The translations under genes were made by a program, and so were the position numbers. This document shows positions 49,244-60,835 of a DNA stretch of 64,000 nucleotides, piece by piece. The stretch is from Elsinoe ampelina (Eukaryota): the NCBI GenBank assembly GCA_010093995.1, contig ML992509.1, positions 604,178 through 668,177 on the forward strand, written 5' to 3'. Numbering within the stretch: the first letter of the stretch is position 1; the number at the start of each line of letters is the position of its first letter. The notes below the pieces were generated by a model. It made no database searches. It was not told the DNA's origin and saw only the letters and a list, made by a program, of their open reading frames with translations.

Positions 49244-50019
49244 GACGCTTTAACGAACTCGCAAACATGACGATAACTTGCAGACGACCGGCACGAACAC
49301 AAGACAGCATATCCTTTCGGGAAGGTGTTTGGGGAAACCAAAAGTTGATAGAACAGGATTAGCTTTTAGAGGGAATGCACCATTCTTACCCTACCATGAC
49401 ATCTGCATGTGCTCGTGAGTGATTTACACGCCGTCGGCAACCGAGGTGTCGACACTGTATTTTCTGGCACGCTCGCTCAGGTACACCCGCCAACGTCTAT
49501 GCATATTCGCATCTACAGAAAAGTCATTCCCGCATCACCCAGCTCTCCAACTACCATACCACTTCACCATCTCATGCCAATCCCTCCCCATCCGTTCCCC
49601 GATGCTTGACAATGCTTGACCTCTCTTGACCTCATCGCCAAGTCTGTTATCGGCGACGATAGCGTCTTGGTAGTTCGATTGCGCCGCGGTCCATGTGGTC
49701 CTTTCATCATTCCGGCGTCGATCGCGCGCCCCACACTTATCCATATGCAGCAGCTCGATGGTGCTCTAAATTACCTCTGGGCTTTGACTTTCGGTGCGTC
49801 TGCGGTCTCCGCCCACCTAGCTGTTGCTGCATGCTGCGGCCAAAGGTTCGCGAGGCGACGGTGTCAGGAACCCAGGGTCGGTCGGTAAAGTTTTGGTGGT
49901 GATGGGGGTCTTTAATTGAGCTTGGGGGAGGTACAAAAGGTGCGACTCGTGCTGGTTTGTTGGCTTTTTGTGCCTCTCTGTCTTTGTCTACCACGATTTG
50001 CTTCCAGCTTTAAGTCGAG

Positions 50020-51857
50020 ATGCTTACAAAGTCGAGCTTGGTGGCCGCCCTTGTAGGGTTGGCTGCTGTCGCGAATGGCAAGGTCATGGAAGCTCTCAGG
50101 GCTGTTCCTCAGGGCTGGTCGGAGGTTGGAAAGCCGGACCCTGCTCTGAAGCTGCACTTTCGCATTGCTATGCACCAGGTGAGGAGCATTCTGAAGGAAA
50201 AGCGGTGCCTCGCTGATATCGTCAGCCCAATGAGGGACTTTTTGAGCAAAGCCTTCTTGAGGTGTCCGATCCTTTCCATCACAGATACGGCCAGCACTTG
50301 AAGAGGGAGGAGCTGAAGGAGCTCTTGCGACCATACCCCCACGCTTCAGACGCTGTGCTGGAATGGCTGCAGACCTCCGGCATCTCCTCCGAGTACATCG
50401 TCGATGATGGCGAGTGGATCAACTTCTATGCCAATGTCACGATGGCCGAGCAGCTGCTCGACACCACATTCAAGGTCTACAGGAGCGACTACAAGCAGCT
50501 TGACAAGATCCGGGCTCTCCAATACTCGGTTCCCAGCAAGCTACATGGCTATGTTGACATGATCCAGCCTACCACTCGCTTCGGTGAGGTCAGACCCATG
50601 TACAACCAGGTCTTTGAGGTCGAGGATCTTGGCCCAGCTGGCAGCAACCCGCCACCTCTCAACGCCACATTCTGCAACACAACCATCACACCTGATTGCT
50701 TGAAGGCGCTATACAAGGTCCGCGATATTCCCGGTCTCGATTTGTCCAAGACTGGTTTCCTCGGCATCAATGGCTTCTTGGAGCAGTACGCTCGCTACGA
50801 CGACTACGAGCAGTTCGCGTCCATCTATGCTCCATACCTGTTCGGCAGCAACTTCACCTATCAGCTGATCAATGGTGGTTTGAATGACCAGAACTCTCTT
50901 AACAATAGTGTCGAGGCCAACCTTGACGCTCAGTACGGTCTTGCTCTGTCCTTCCCCGTCAATGCCACCTACTACTCCACTGGTGGTCGCGGACCTCTCG
51001 TACCAGATCTTGACCAGCCAACCCTTGCAGACAACCAGAATGAGCCTTACCTCGACTTCTTGACCTACATCATCAACCAGCCAGATGACGAGCTACCGAC
51101 CACCCTCACCACCTCGTACGGTGAGAACGAGCAGTCCGTCCCAGAGGCCTACAACCGCCGTGTCTGCTCCCTCTTCGGCCAGCTCGGTGCTCGTGGTGTC
51201 TCTGTCCTCTTCTCCTCCGGCGATACTGGTCCAGGTTCAGCCTGCCAGACCAACGACGGCAAGAACACCACCCGCTTCAACCCCATCTTCCCCGCCTCTT
51301 GCCCATACCTGACCTCTGTCGGAGGCACAGTCGGCATTCCCGAGCGCGCTGTCAGCTTCTCCTCCGGTGGCTTCTCCGACCGCTTCCCGCGCCCTGACTA
51401 CCAGCGCGCCGCCGTCTCCCGCTACCTCGACATCCTCGGCGACCGCTTCTCCGGCCTCTACAACCGCAAGGGCCGTGGCTTCCCCGACGTCGCTGCACAG
51501 GGCAGAGGCTTCCGCGTCATCGACAGCGGCCGCGACATCTCCGTTGGAGGCACCAGTGCTTCCAGCCCAACCTTCGCTGGTATCATTGCTCTTTTGAACG
51601 CGGGAAGAAAGTCAAAGGGTCTCCCCACACTCGGCTTCTTGAACCCGTTCCTCTACTCCAAGGGTGTGAATGCGCTCAACGATATCGCTCTTGGTGGTAG
51701 CACGGGTTGCACAGGAAGGGACATCTTCTCTGGTCTGCCAACTCCTTTCATCCCGTTCGCTGGGTGGAATGCGACCAAGGGGTGGGATCCGGTTACTGGT
51801 TTGGGTACTCCTGATTTTGAGAAGCTGCTTAAGCTTGTCGTGCCGGGGAAGCACTAG
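50020..51857 (+). CDS. Secreted tripeptidyl peptidase (sedolisin, S53)
   Basis: Signal peptide, prodomain (SDPFHHRYGQHL), EANLDAQY, SYGENE, SSGDTG, FSSGGFS, GRGFPDVAA, GGTSASSP, GWDPVTGLGTP. Intron ~50179-50226. Confidence 0.95.
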
Positions 51858-51915
51858 CTACGACACTGTATGTTCGTAGGTGAACATATTAGATGGCCGT
51901 GATAATGTCATGATA

Positions 51916-52069
51916 ACGTATGAGATTGGGGTTTGCACACCGCCCCCCTTTGCACGCCACGTGACTTCTACACGTTCCGGTGAATTATCGGCGTCGATCG
52001 CGAAAATGTGATTGGTGAAGGACCCCGAAGTGTGCAAAGGGGCGGTGTGCAAACCCCCATCTCATACGT
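51916..52069. mobile_element. 154-bp MITE with ~40-bp terminal inverted repeats and TA target-site duplication (pogo/Fot1-type Tc1-mariner derivative)
   Basis: TA|ACGTATGAGATTGGGGTTTGCACACCGCCCCCCTTTGCAC ... GTGCAAAGGGGCGGTGTGCAAACCCCCATCTCATACGT|TA. Each TIR has two TTTGCAC direct repeats. No coding capacity. Confidence 0.85.
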
Positions 52070-52531
52070 TACATTACGACCCGTGTGCATGGACCATTGT
52101 CGTCTCGCCAAGTTCAGCCTCAAGCTTGATCTGACTTGGCGGAAATGCTTAACCGCGTTCGTGCATATACCATCAACCGCCATACACGACCTGCTTCTTC
52201 TTCCCATCCCTATCATCTCTCCAATTCACACGATGCACTACATTCTTCGTGAATCAAATTTCCCATTCCCAGTGATGTCAACCCCTCCTCACTGCCGAAC
52301 CCACCCAGGCAGAGTTACCTGCCTTCCGCATACGGACACCCGCTTATCATTCCACGGGAGCACATCTCGCAAATAGGGCCCAATCTCAAGCGCACAGATC
52401 GACGAGAAAAGCTTGAAAAAAAAAACTTCGCGCAAATTAACGATGAGTGGGTGGAAGGGTAGGTACAATAATAGGGTGAGTGCCGTGATTCTCGAGGGAC
52501 TTGGTAGGTATTCTCCTGGAAACTAGTGAAG

Positions 52532-54231
52532 ATGAAGCTCTCCTTCTCGTTGTGTCTGTTCTCTGCCGCCGTCTCGGTCGTGGCGAGGAGTTCGTTGCAT
52601 GCCAACAAGGTGCTGCCTGCTAGACGGCCCTTCGTACGACCCGTTGCGAAGACGTTGGATAGGAGGCAGGCGTATGGCAGGAATGACACTATACTGCCGC
52701 AGAATGCGAACACTACGAGTAGGTCGGCACACTTGGGAGACATGGACATGGCTGATGAGCACTGTAGAGTTCGCCGTCGACGGCACTGCGATCCCTGATG
52801 TGGACTTTGACATAGGCGAGGCTTATGCTGGTCTGCTGCCGATTTCGAATGCTCCAAATGCCTCGCAGTTGTACTTCTTCTTCCAGCCGTCGGCGAACGT
52901 CAATGCGAGCGATGAGATTATGATTTGGTTGAATGTGAGTTGGTTGGAAGAGTGCATAGGCCGAGGGCTGACAGTCTCAGGGTGGACCAGGATGCTCGTC
53001 TCTCGAAGGCTTGCTGCAAGAGAATGGACCTTTCCAGTGGCAATATGGCACCTTTAAGCCGGTCGCCAACAACTACCGGTGGAGCAACTTGACGAACATG
53101 GTCTGGGTTGAGCAGCCGGTCGGGACTGGTTTCACTCAAGGCACTCCCACTGCCACCAACGAGGATGAGGCTGCTGCTCAGTTCCTTGGTTTCTGGAAGA
53201 ACTTCATCGACACGTTCAGTCTCCACGGCCGCAAGGTTTTCATCGCCGGCGAGTCGTACGCAGGCTACTACGTCCCGTACATTGCCAACGCCATGCTGAA
53301 CACCAACGACACCACCTACTACGGCGTCGACGGTATCATGATCTACGACCCCACCCTGACCTACGATGTCGTCCAAGGAGACCTCGTCGCCACCGCCTAC
53401 GTCGACTACTTCCACACCGCCTTCAACCTCAACGCCACCTTCATGGCCGACATCCACAACCGCTCCGCAGCCTGCGGCTACGACGACTTCCTCGCCACCT
53501 ACCTCTCCGACGCCGCCTTTCCCCCCAAAGGCCCCCTCCCCACCCCTCCCAACGTCAAATACTCTGACGACTCCTGCTCCATCTGGAACGACATCTACAA
53601 AGCCGTCTCCCTCCTCAACCCAGCCTTCGACATTTACCAAATCTTCACCACCCCGCCCATCCTCTGGGACGTCCTCGGCTTCCCAGGTAGCTTCGACTAC
53701 CTGCCCACCGGCGCGGAAATCTACTTCAACCGCACAGACGTCCAACGCGCCATCAACGCGCCCGTGCAGAAATGGACCGAATGCGCCGACGGCGTTTTGG
53801 ACAGGGACACCTCCGCGGCCCCCGCCCTCTCCGTCCTCCCCTCCGTCATCGAGCGCACCTCCCGCACCATCATCGCCCACGGCAAGCTAGACTACCTCCT
53901 CATCGCCAACGGCTCGCTCATCGCGATCCAGAACATGACCTTCAACGGCGCGCAGGGGTTCAGCGTCCCGCCGAGTCAGTTCGAGGAGTTTTACGTGCCG
54001 TACCATAGTGAGCTTGGGCTGGGGAACCTGGCGGGCGCGGGCGTGATGGGCCATTTCCATACCGAGAGGGGACTGACGTATGTTGATATTGATATGGCCG
54101 GGCATATGGTGCCGCAGTATACGCCGAGTGCGGCGTACAGGCAGTTGGAGTTTTTGTTGGGGCGGATTGGGGGGTTGGGGGAGAGGGGGCCGTTTACGAC
54201 GCAGGTGGGGGAGGGGGTTTATGGGAATTGA
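52532..54231 (+). CDS. Secreted serine carboxypeptidase (S10 family)
   Basis: [30 protein letters not shown] (catalytic Ser), AGHMVPQY. Two introns. Signal peptide. Confidence 0.95.
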
Positions 54232-54311
54232 AGAGGGGAGGGAGGGAGGTTATGGTAGTTGAAGAGGGGAGGGAGGGAGATTATGGGAATTGAAGAGGGG
54301 AGGGAGGGAGA
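54219..54311. repeat. 31-bp tandem repeat x3 spanning the carboxypeptidase stop codon
   Basis: TTATGGGAATTGAAGAGGGGAGGGAGGGAG(G/A) units start at 54219, 54250 and 54281. Confidence 0.9.
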
Positions 54312-54498
54312 TTGTGAATGTATGAAGTGGCATTGCTGAATGGGTATCTTTTTGTGCCTGTATCTGTTCTCCTGTGATGTGAGGTTTCGGCATGTCCACG
54401 CTTCTTCCCATAGTAGGAGGACTCTTTCATGGCACCTCGCTTATGCCGCTCTTTCCTGTATTGAGACGTCGGAGAGCCTCCTCTGACATCGTGCACTC

Positions 54499-55533
54499 TC
54501 ATTCGTGGTCGTCCTCGGTCACACCCGGACATCCATCGAGCTCCTTGTCATCATACCTCGCCTTGCACCAAAAACAGTACCACCACTTCTCCCTCAAATA
54601 CCTCACCGTCCTATCCAACCTCTCCCCCGCTCCCAGCTCCAAAAACTCCTGCATCTCATCATCATCCTCTTCCTCCTCCCCAGCAACGCTAGGCAACTCC
54701 CCCACCGTCTCCCCCATCGCCACCTTATCCTCCTCCTCGGACCCCTCTTCCTCCCTCTCAAACCTCCTCCCCCTCTCCCTCTCCCCTTCCTTCTTCCTCT
54801 TCTCCTCCTGCTCTCTGTACAGAACAGCGCGCCACTCCACCCCCACGTCCCCGGCCTTCACTTCTCCCCCGTCCTTCCCCTCCCGCTCGAGATCCTGCTG
54901 CTTCAACGTCCAGCACACCCTCATGGCACCCCACCATTGTCCTTCGACTCTCTTGTCTGTGCTTTCCTTGACGTTACGCTCCCGGTAGCCCCCCATCTCG
55001 CTCTTGAGCCGTTTGATCCTGTCTGCTTCGCGGTCGAGGGCTTCTCGTGCGCGCTTGAGGCCCGTATCTTCGTCTGTCGCGTGCCCGAGACCGGCGTTTT
55101 TGGCGCGGGGTTGTACGCGGATGGGCTCGGTGAGGCGGGTGTCTGCTTCTGCTCCTTGCTCTTGCGTGGATTTCTCTGAGCTTGTTCCTGAACCGGCCGC
55201 TTCTGAGGGCGGGGAAGCGGCAGAGGGGGCTTTGCCGAGTGCGCCGCCTTTGTAGCCTAGCCGGGACAGCATTTGGGCTCCTTTGCTGTTCTTGCCACCG
55301 AAGCCGGTAGAGGGGGTGTCGGGGTCATCGTCGCGGGTGCTGAGGTCGGTGCGGAGGCCGCGTTCGAGGCGGAGGAGGCGATCTGATTCGAGCTCTTTCT
55401 TCGACTTCACGCGGGCGCGGTCGGCGGCGTCGCGTTGGGCGGCGGTGCGTTTGGCGAGGGAGGAGAGGGGTTTGGGGGTCGGGTCGGTGGGGAGGGCCAT
55501 GGAGAGGTAGTCGTCTTCTTCGGAGTCGGACAT
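54499..55533 (-). CDS. G-patch domain protein (GPATCH11/CCDC75-like, C-terminal Cys-rich DUF4187-like domain)
   Basis: MSDSEEDDYLSM, NSKGAQMLSRLGYKGGALG...EPI......GLG, YLREKWWYCFWCKARY......CPG.TEDDH. Confidence 0.9.
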   Translation of the reverse strand: MSDSEEDDYLSMALPTDPTPKPLSSLAKRTAAQRDAADRARVKSKKELESDRLLRLERGLRTDLSTRDDDPDTPSTGFGGKNSKGAQMLSRLGYKGGALGKAPSAASPPSEAAGSGTSSEKSTQEQGAEADTRLTEPIRVQPRAKNAGLGHATDEDTGLKRAREALDREADRIKRLKSEMGGYRERNVKESTDKRVEGQWWGAMRVCWTLKQQDLEREGKDGGEVKAGDVGVEWRAVLYREQEEKRKKEGERERGRRFEREEEGSEEEDKVAMGETVGELPSVAGEEEEDDDEMQEFLELGAGERLDRTVRYLREKWWYCFWCKARYDDKELDGCPGVTEDDHE

Positions 55534-56216
55534 GGTCGCTGCAGGAGCACGGTGGTAGGGAGGATAGGATGTCTAGAAGGGTATGATCTGTATCGTGGGT
55601 TGCGCGAGCGCGGTGAATGTCAAGCCAATGAGTTCTCACTGCTCGCTAAGAGGGTGCGGATCTAGGATATACTGTTAGCTTGATCTCGGGCGTTTTGCAG
55701 TGTGTGCGGTTTTGGTTAGGCGATGAGATGAAGCGAGCATCAGACAGCAGACGTAGCACCTAGCTTGAGAAGTGCCTACTTGATGTAAGAAGTGTGGTTC
55801 ATGTCAGGAACGTCTGCAGGAGGCGTTCAGTGCTGAGGTCAATATTCCGGCCGTGGAGCTCAAAGCTATTCAGAAATTTTCTTACGGCATCACTACCAGC
55901 AATACATGGAGTGGAGAGGACATCAAATTGAACTAGGTATTTGAATGCAATTTACATTTCTTGTGCTCTTATGATGACTATGATACATGCACTTTCAAAA
56001 AAAAGCCCAATCGTTGTTGCATAATCGTACTTGGAATCATGCGTGCGTGTGGCGTTAGGGGTTCGCCTCCTGTATACAAAATCGCCAACACACAACCCTC
56101 TAAATCACATTAGCTTCTGTGTACCAGACAGCACAACTCTATATGATATTGAATTATAGTATTCAAGAAAACTCCTCTCCAGTATCCGGCAAAAGCCAGA
56201 TCTCTGATGAAAAGAT

Positions 56217-56406
56217 GGTTCGCGTCAGCCCGAGGCAGTGCAATACGGGCGACACTGTGTCGACTGACATGAGCAAGCTCAGCGGTCAGACGGCGTGGTA
56301 GAAAAAATTGGAATAATCTTAGAAGGGGTCGTAACCCCGTTTCAGAGATTAAACTGAAAAGAACAGATACTACACTTGATCTAAGCCAAAAGGCAAAGAG
56401 AGCTGA
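56217..56406 (-). ncRNA. U2: U2 spliceosomal snRNA
   Basis: Minus strand reads CAGCTCTTTGCCTTTTGGCTTAGATCAAGTGTAGTATCTGTTCTTTTCAGTTTAATCTCTGAAA (branch-pairing GTAGTA). It has an Sm-like AATTTTTTC and a 3' stem-loop with loop TATTGCACT. Length ~190 nt; ends approximate. Confidence 0.95.
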
Positions 56407-57663
56407 AAAGAAGAAAGGAAAGATGGGAACGATGAGAGAAATGGTTTTGATCATGCAAAACCCTATACCCTAGCGGTGTGAGGCATTTAATTGCGTTGAG
56501 GACTTGTTTTTGGTTGACAGTAAGATGTCAGACGTGCCATATCTGGCGGGTCGCTCGGGCGGCTCCGCGCTTTGCACCAATGAGCATTGGCCTTGGCATG
56601 ACGTCCCCATAGGTTGAGGCTGCCAGCAGTCACAAAAGTCCATTGTTGGGTATTTGAATGAATTATTGAACGATTACCAGAGAGCCAAATAAGAGGAATG
56701 GTGTTGTGGCTGCGTCGTTTGATGCCGGCCCAGTCGATTCTTGTCCGGCTGCTACCCTCCGTCGGCCCCGATGGTGAAGTGTGCTCCAGGATTTTGAACA
56801 ATCGATGTGGTAAAATTGGAAACATGTCGCGAACAAATAGTGCTTGATAATGAGTGGTTGCTGCCAGATGATGGTGCACATGTCGATGGCAGTACCAGGA
56901 CAAAAACAACGAAACATGAGAGTGCCACGTACCTTGCATGCCAATTCCTATACTGAGTATCATTTCTATATCCCTCAGCCATATGCCGCGTACAGCTATT
57001 GCTGAGACAGGTATCTCATTACGGACATGACAAGGTTCTACTGGTACTAGCGCGTGTGATGTGCTCAAAACCGATAGCACTGTTACTTCACTACTAACTC
57101 TTCAGTACGCGAGGTCGCATTCTCATCCCTGTACTATCGGCAAACAGGAGAATGATGATAGGAAGACCACGGACTGACCTGTGGTCCACTATGATGCAGC
57201 GTGTGCGAAAGGCATGTGACGGGGATCTGGTAGCAGCTAGCAGACCACATGGGTCGCGGTCTTGGTCATTGGGTGAAGGGGCTTCCGAGCAGGTAGCAGG
57301 CAATGCCAGACGGTCAGCCTCTAAGCTGTCGCAAGACTTTTGGGGAAGAAGGACTGGTTGCCTCTTATCAAGGCTGTATCTATACGACCCAGATCTGTCA
57401 GCTCGGTGGCTGGTAAGACTTCGCAGGAGTAGTTCTTCCGATATCAGAAAGAGTGGCGCATCAGGTGGTCCTACGAGCAGCAATTAAGGTGTTACTCAAA
57501 CTCGGATTGACCCAGGACAGTGGTTGTGGTTGGACCCAGAAGGAAAAGTCTGCAGTCACATGCGCGATGGCCGACTACCGCGAAAAATCTCGCCCGCCGC
57601 GAATCACACTCACGGCTCTCGTTTCACCCACCTTCCACTTTCATTCAACATTACATCTCAAGA

Positions 57664-60281
57664 TGGCGAAGCGCAAAAACAAGTCCAAACGTATGAGAAT
57701 CAGGAAGAGACCTCAGCAGTCGGACCAGCAGGCGGACCAGCAGGCGGCGCAGCATGCACAAGCAATACCAGAAGCACACCAGCCAGAAGACGCTACAGCG
57801 CTGCCTTCAAGCTTGCCTGCCTCGAACAGCCCCTCATATTCACAGACACCATCGCGGTGCGTGATGACCCGGGATGAAATCATCCAGATACTGGACGATT
57901 CGGATCTTTGGTCGACGAACATGCGCGGATGTCTGGCTGGGTATTATGACGACCTTTACACAGTGTTGTGCGCTTTTCCTCAAGGACTCGTCATCGGCGA
58001 CATCGTCGAGCAGGTCACTCCTCTCCTGGCGGTGGACAACATCCCTATTCCTGACAACCTCGAAGAAATCATCCGTAAATACTTGGGCCTGATTGGGGCC
58101 CATGAGATACAAGACGATCATGAAGTCGAGGCTCGCTGGTTTCTCCCACAGACAATTGGGCGTGACATCCGAGTGGGTCGACTACTGGACCTGGCAACAG
58201 CACGCTTCAACAACCCCCCGCAGCTCCTTTCCGACGGTCTGATCTACGAGCATCCGGCATGTTCCCTGTTTGTGGTACTGAAACGATATGTCCCGGGCGC
58301 ACCAGTTAGTGTCCAGCAACACACCGTCAACATTGAAAGAGCCATAGCCATGATACATCATCTCTTTGGACACATCTCTCGGCCTCCCCTTCCCTATCAG
58401 GAAAATGCAGACGTCGACTACCAGTGGATCGATGTAAGGCTCTTCCCAACCAAGAGGGAAGACACTCTCCGCCTCATGCTAGAATTTGACAGTGACGTGC
58501 TCAATATCCTCGAGCGCTTCAACGAGACCGGAAGGCAGCAACAGCAACGTCAGCTCGTTACCTTCGTACAATTCAACTATGACGGCGGCTCTCTCAATAA
58601 TTCATCTTGGGAAGAACTCCGCAGTTGGTACCCTTTCATTCACTTCCGACTCCTCATTCTCCAAGACGTGGCTGATGACATTGTACATCCAGTCCGCGGT
58701 AAGGGGAATCGATGGGAGGCTTCACAAATGCTGAGTTCGTGGTTCCAGCCTCTGTGCTCACACACGGAGATGGGAAAAGGTGTAGACCATGGCTACTTCA
58801 GTATCCTCGACGTCGACGTCTTAGCTCAGCTATACCCCAGACACTCGAGCCAAGGACATGCAGAACAATCATCCGGACTGGTGGATGCGACTCTTCACAC
58901 TCTTGGGGACGTTCAGGTGAGGCTTGATATTGCGGCAAAGCAGCAAGATATCCTTCTCAAGCACGAACAATGGATTTACATGGTCGAACATATGTATCTC
59001 CGCGTCAGAGGCTCTCGTCTCGCCAGAGGGTGTCCTGAATTGATCCATCCGTCCAAGCTGGGCTCGCTGTTCGAGTCGACGCCATCACACGACAAGGGAC
59101 TCAGGGGCGAGCTCGCGGTTGACGTGGCAGAATGCTTGTCACGTAACGGCTCTCATCAATCGAAGGCCTGCAGCTGGTGCGGTCAGTCGCCAGAGAGGCA
59201 CTGGTCTCGAAGCTTGTATCTACACAGCGACTACATGCGGAATGCCCAGCTGCCAGTCTGCTGTGATCGTCCAGGATGCATCCAACTGGAGCTACGGCTT
59301 CGCGCATTACTCCAGGCTGAGCTCCCCGATCTACCACTCGATGGTATGGTACCTTTGCCTGGCCAGTATGCAAGGAGGCCTACGTCTATTATTTTGCATA
59401 GACGCAGAGCTGTATGTTCCAAATTCGAGACCCTTCTCAAGAACATCGTCAAACGTCCGCCAACCTTGCTGGGCATGCCAGATGAGATCCTTATCAACAT
59501 CATTCGACAATATGGGTGTGGACCGGATACAACTCCGGAATTCACGGCGGCAATCAAGTGGGCAGAAGACGTCGGAGCCATTACTGCGAAAGACCTACCA
59601 CTTCTGAACCACCCTACGGAATACATCCCTAAGAACAAGCCGATCACACTGACATGCAAACATCTCCGGGAATTGTACCTTGCCGAGTTCAACAAGGAAC
59701 CCTGCTTCGATAGTATCTACATCCCATTCCCTCTGGAGGTCTTCTATCCATGGCCCTCGGCTCTCGCTTCAAGAGTCAAGAAAGTGGTCATCTCTCCCTT
59801 CTGCTCATTGGAGATCGACAAAAGTGATGCAGCCAAATTCTTGAACCCGCACATAGAAGACTTCCACAATCCCGCCTCGAACGATCCCAACCATTGCCCA
59901 GCTGCAGCCCCTTTGTGGGATGCGACGTGTCACTTGGACACCCAACTCGCACTTCACACAACTGTCGCGGTGCATTTCCACAATCATTGGTACAATCGCG
60001 ACAGCATGTTCGACATCACCGAAGTCTACGAACTGGATTTGGAGGTCACTCGGGTGGAGAAGCTTATCTTCATGGATCCCGATGAGCCTTGGCAAGTGGA
60101 TGCGCTTTGCACAAAATTCCGGAAGACTCTGGGAGTCGAGAACGCCCTGTACATTCTCCAAACCATACTGGTGATCAAAAAACGCCGGGCAGAGATAGCC
60201 GCGATGGGCCCAGCAGAGGCGGATGCAGCACGGCAGGCCGACAAAAATACGTACCGAGCGATCAAGAAGTATCCTAACTGA
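57664..60281 (+). CDS. Large hypothetical protein: unknown N-terminal region, Cys cluster, C-terminal F-box-like module
   Basis: Long intronless ORF (probable start MAKRKNK at 57664; upstream ATG at 57567 possible). CSWC...CCDRPGC. PTLLGMPDEILINIIRQY...PITLTCKHLRELYL. Confidence 0.75.
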
Positions 60282-60835
60282 AGGGTAGCGGTTTTACGCT
60301 TCGAGGGGCAGCTGGCGACAACTTATTCTCACCTCATGGGTATGCGAGCAGTATTACGATTCGGCAAGTCAAGAGCTGTCTATTTCGGAGGTACTACGTT
60401 CCGGCACTCAGACTAGATGGTAGACGAATCAGCCTCCGGGTGGTTTTTAGTATGCTTGGGTCTTACAAATCAGGAGAAACGTTCGGAGAGTGTGGACAGG
60501 TCCACCTACCAGCCTTCGATTGAACGGATGGGTTTTGGGATCGAGGACATGAGAGTAATTTTCGAAAGTATGTATAGTACGTCTATATAGCAGAGGGATG
60601 CCACCCGCAAATATGAAGCTCTTCACGTCTCCCACCTCGGGCCGATCTCGGCCGACAACTCCGCCGAGGATTCCGTTCACATGCCGTCTTTCGTGTCGCT
60701 TTTTTGCAAGTGTTCCTTTCGCAATTGCTCCTCAGCGCGTGGTCACTTGTGTCATTTTGTATTTGCATAGCGTTGTTGTTACTTGGATGTGTCTTACTGC
60801 TATTATACGACCTGGTACACAACATACTTACGAGC

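Noticed and set aside
54219..54311. CRISPR-like array
   Set aside because: Eukaryotic context, head-to-tail repeats without unique spacers, and no cas genes.
55680..56100. Possible box C/D snoRNA or other ncRNA downstream of U2
   Set aside because: Only scattered TGATGA/CTGA-like words, with no convincing box pair, terminal stem or guide sequence.
56110..56454. 114-aa minus-strand ORF
   Set aside because: It is a chance translation of the U2 snRNA gene.
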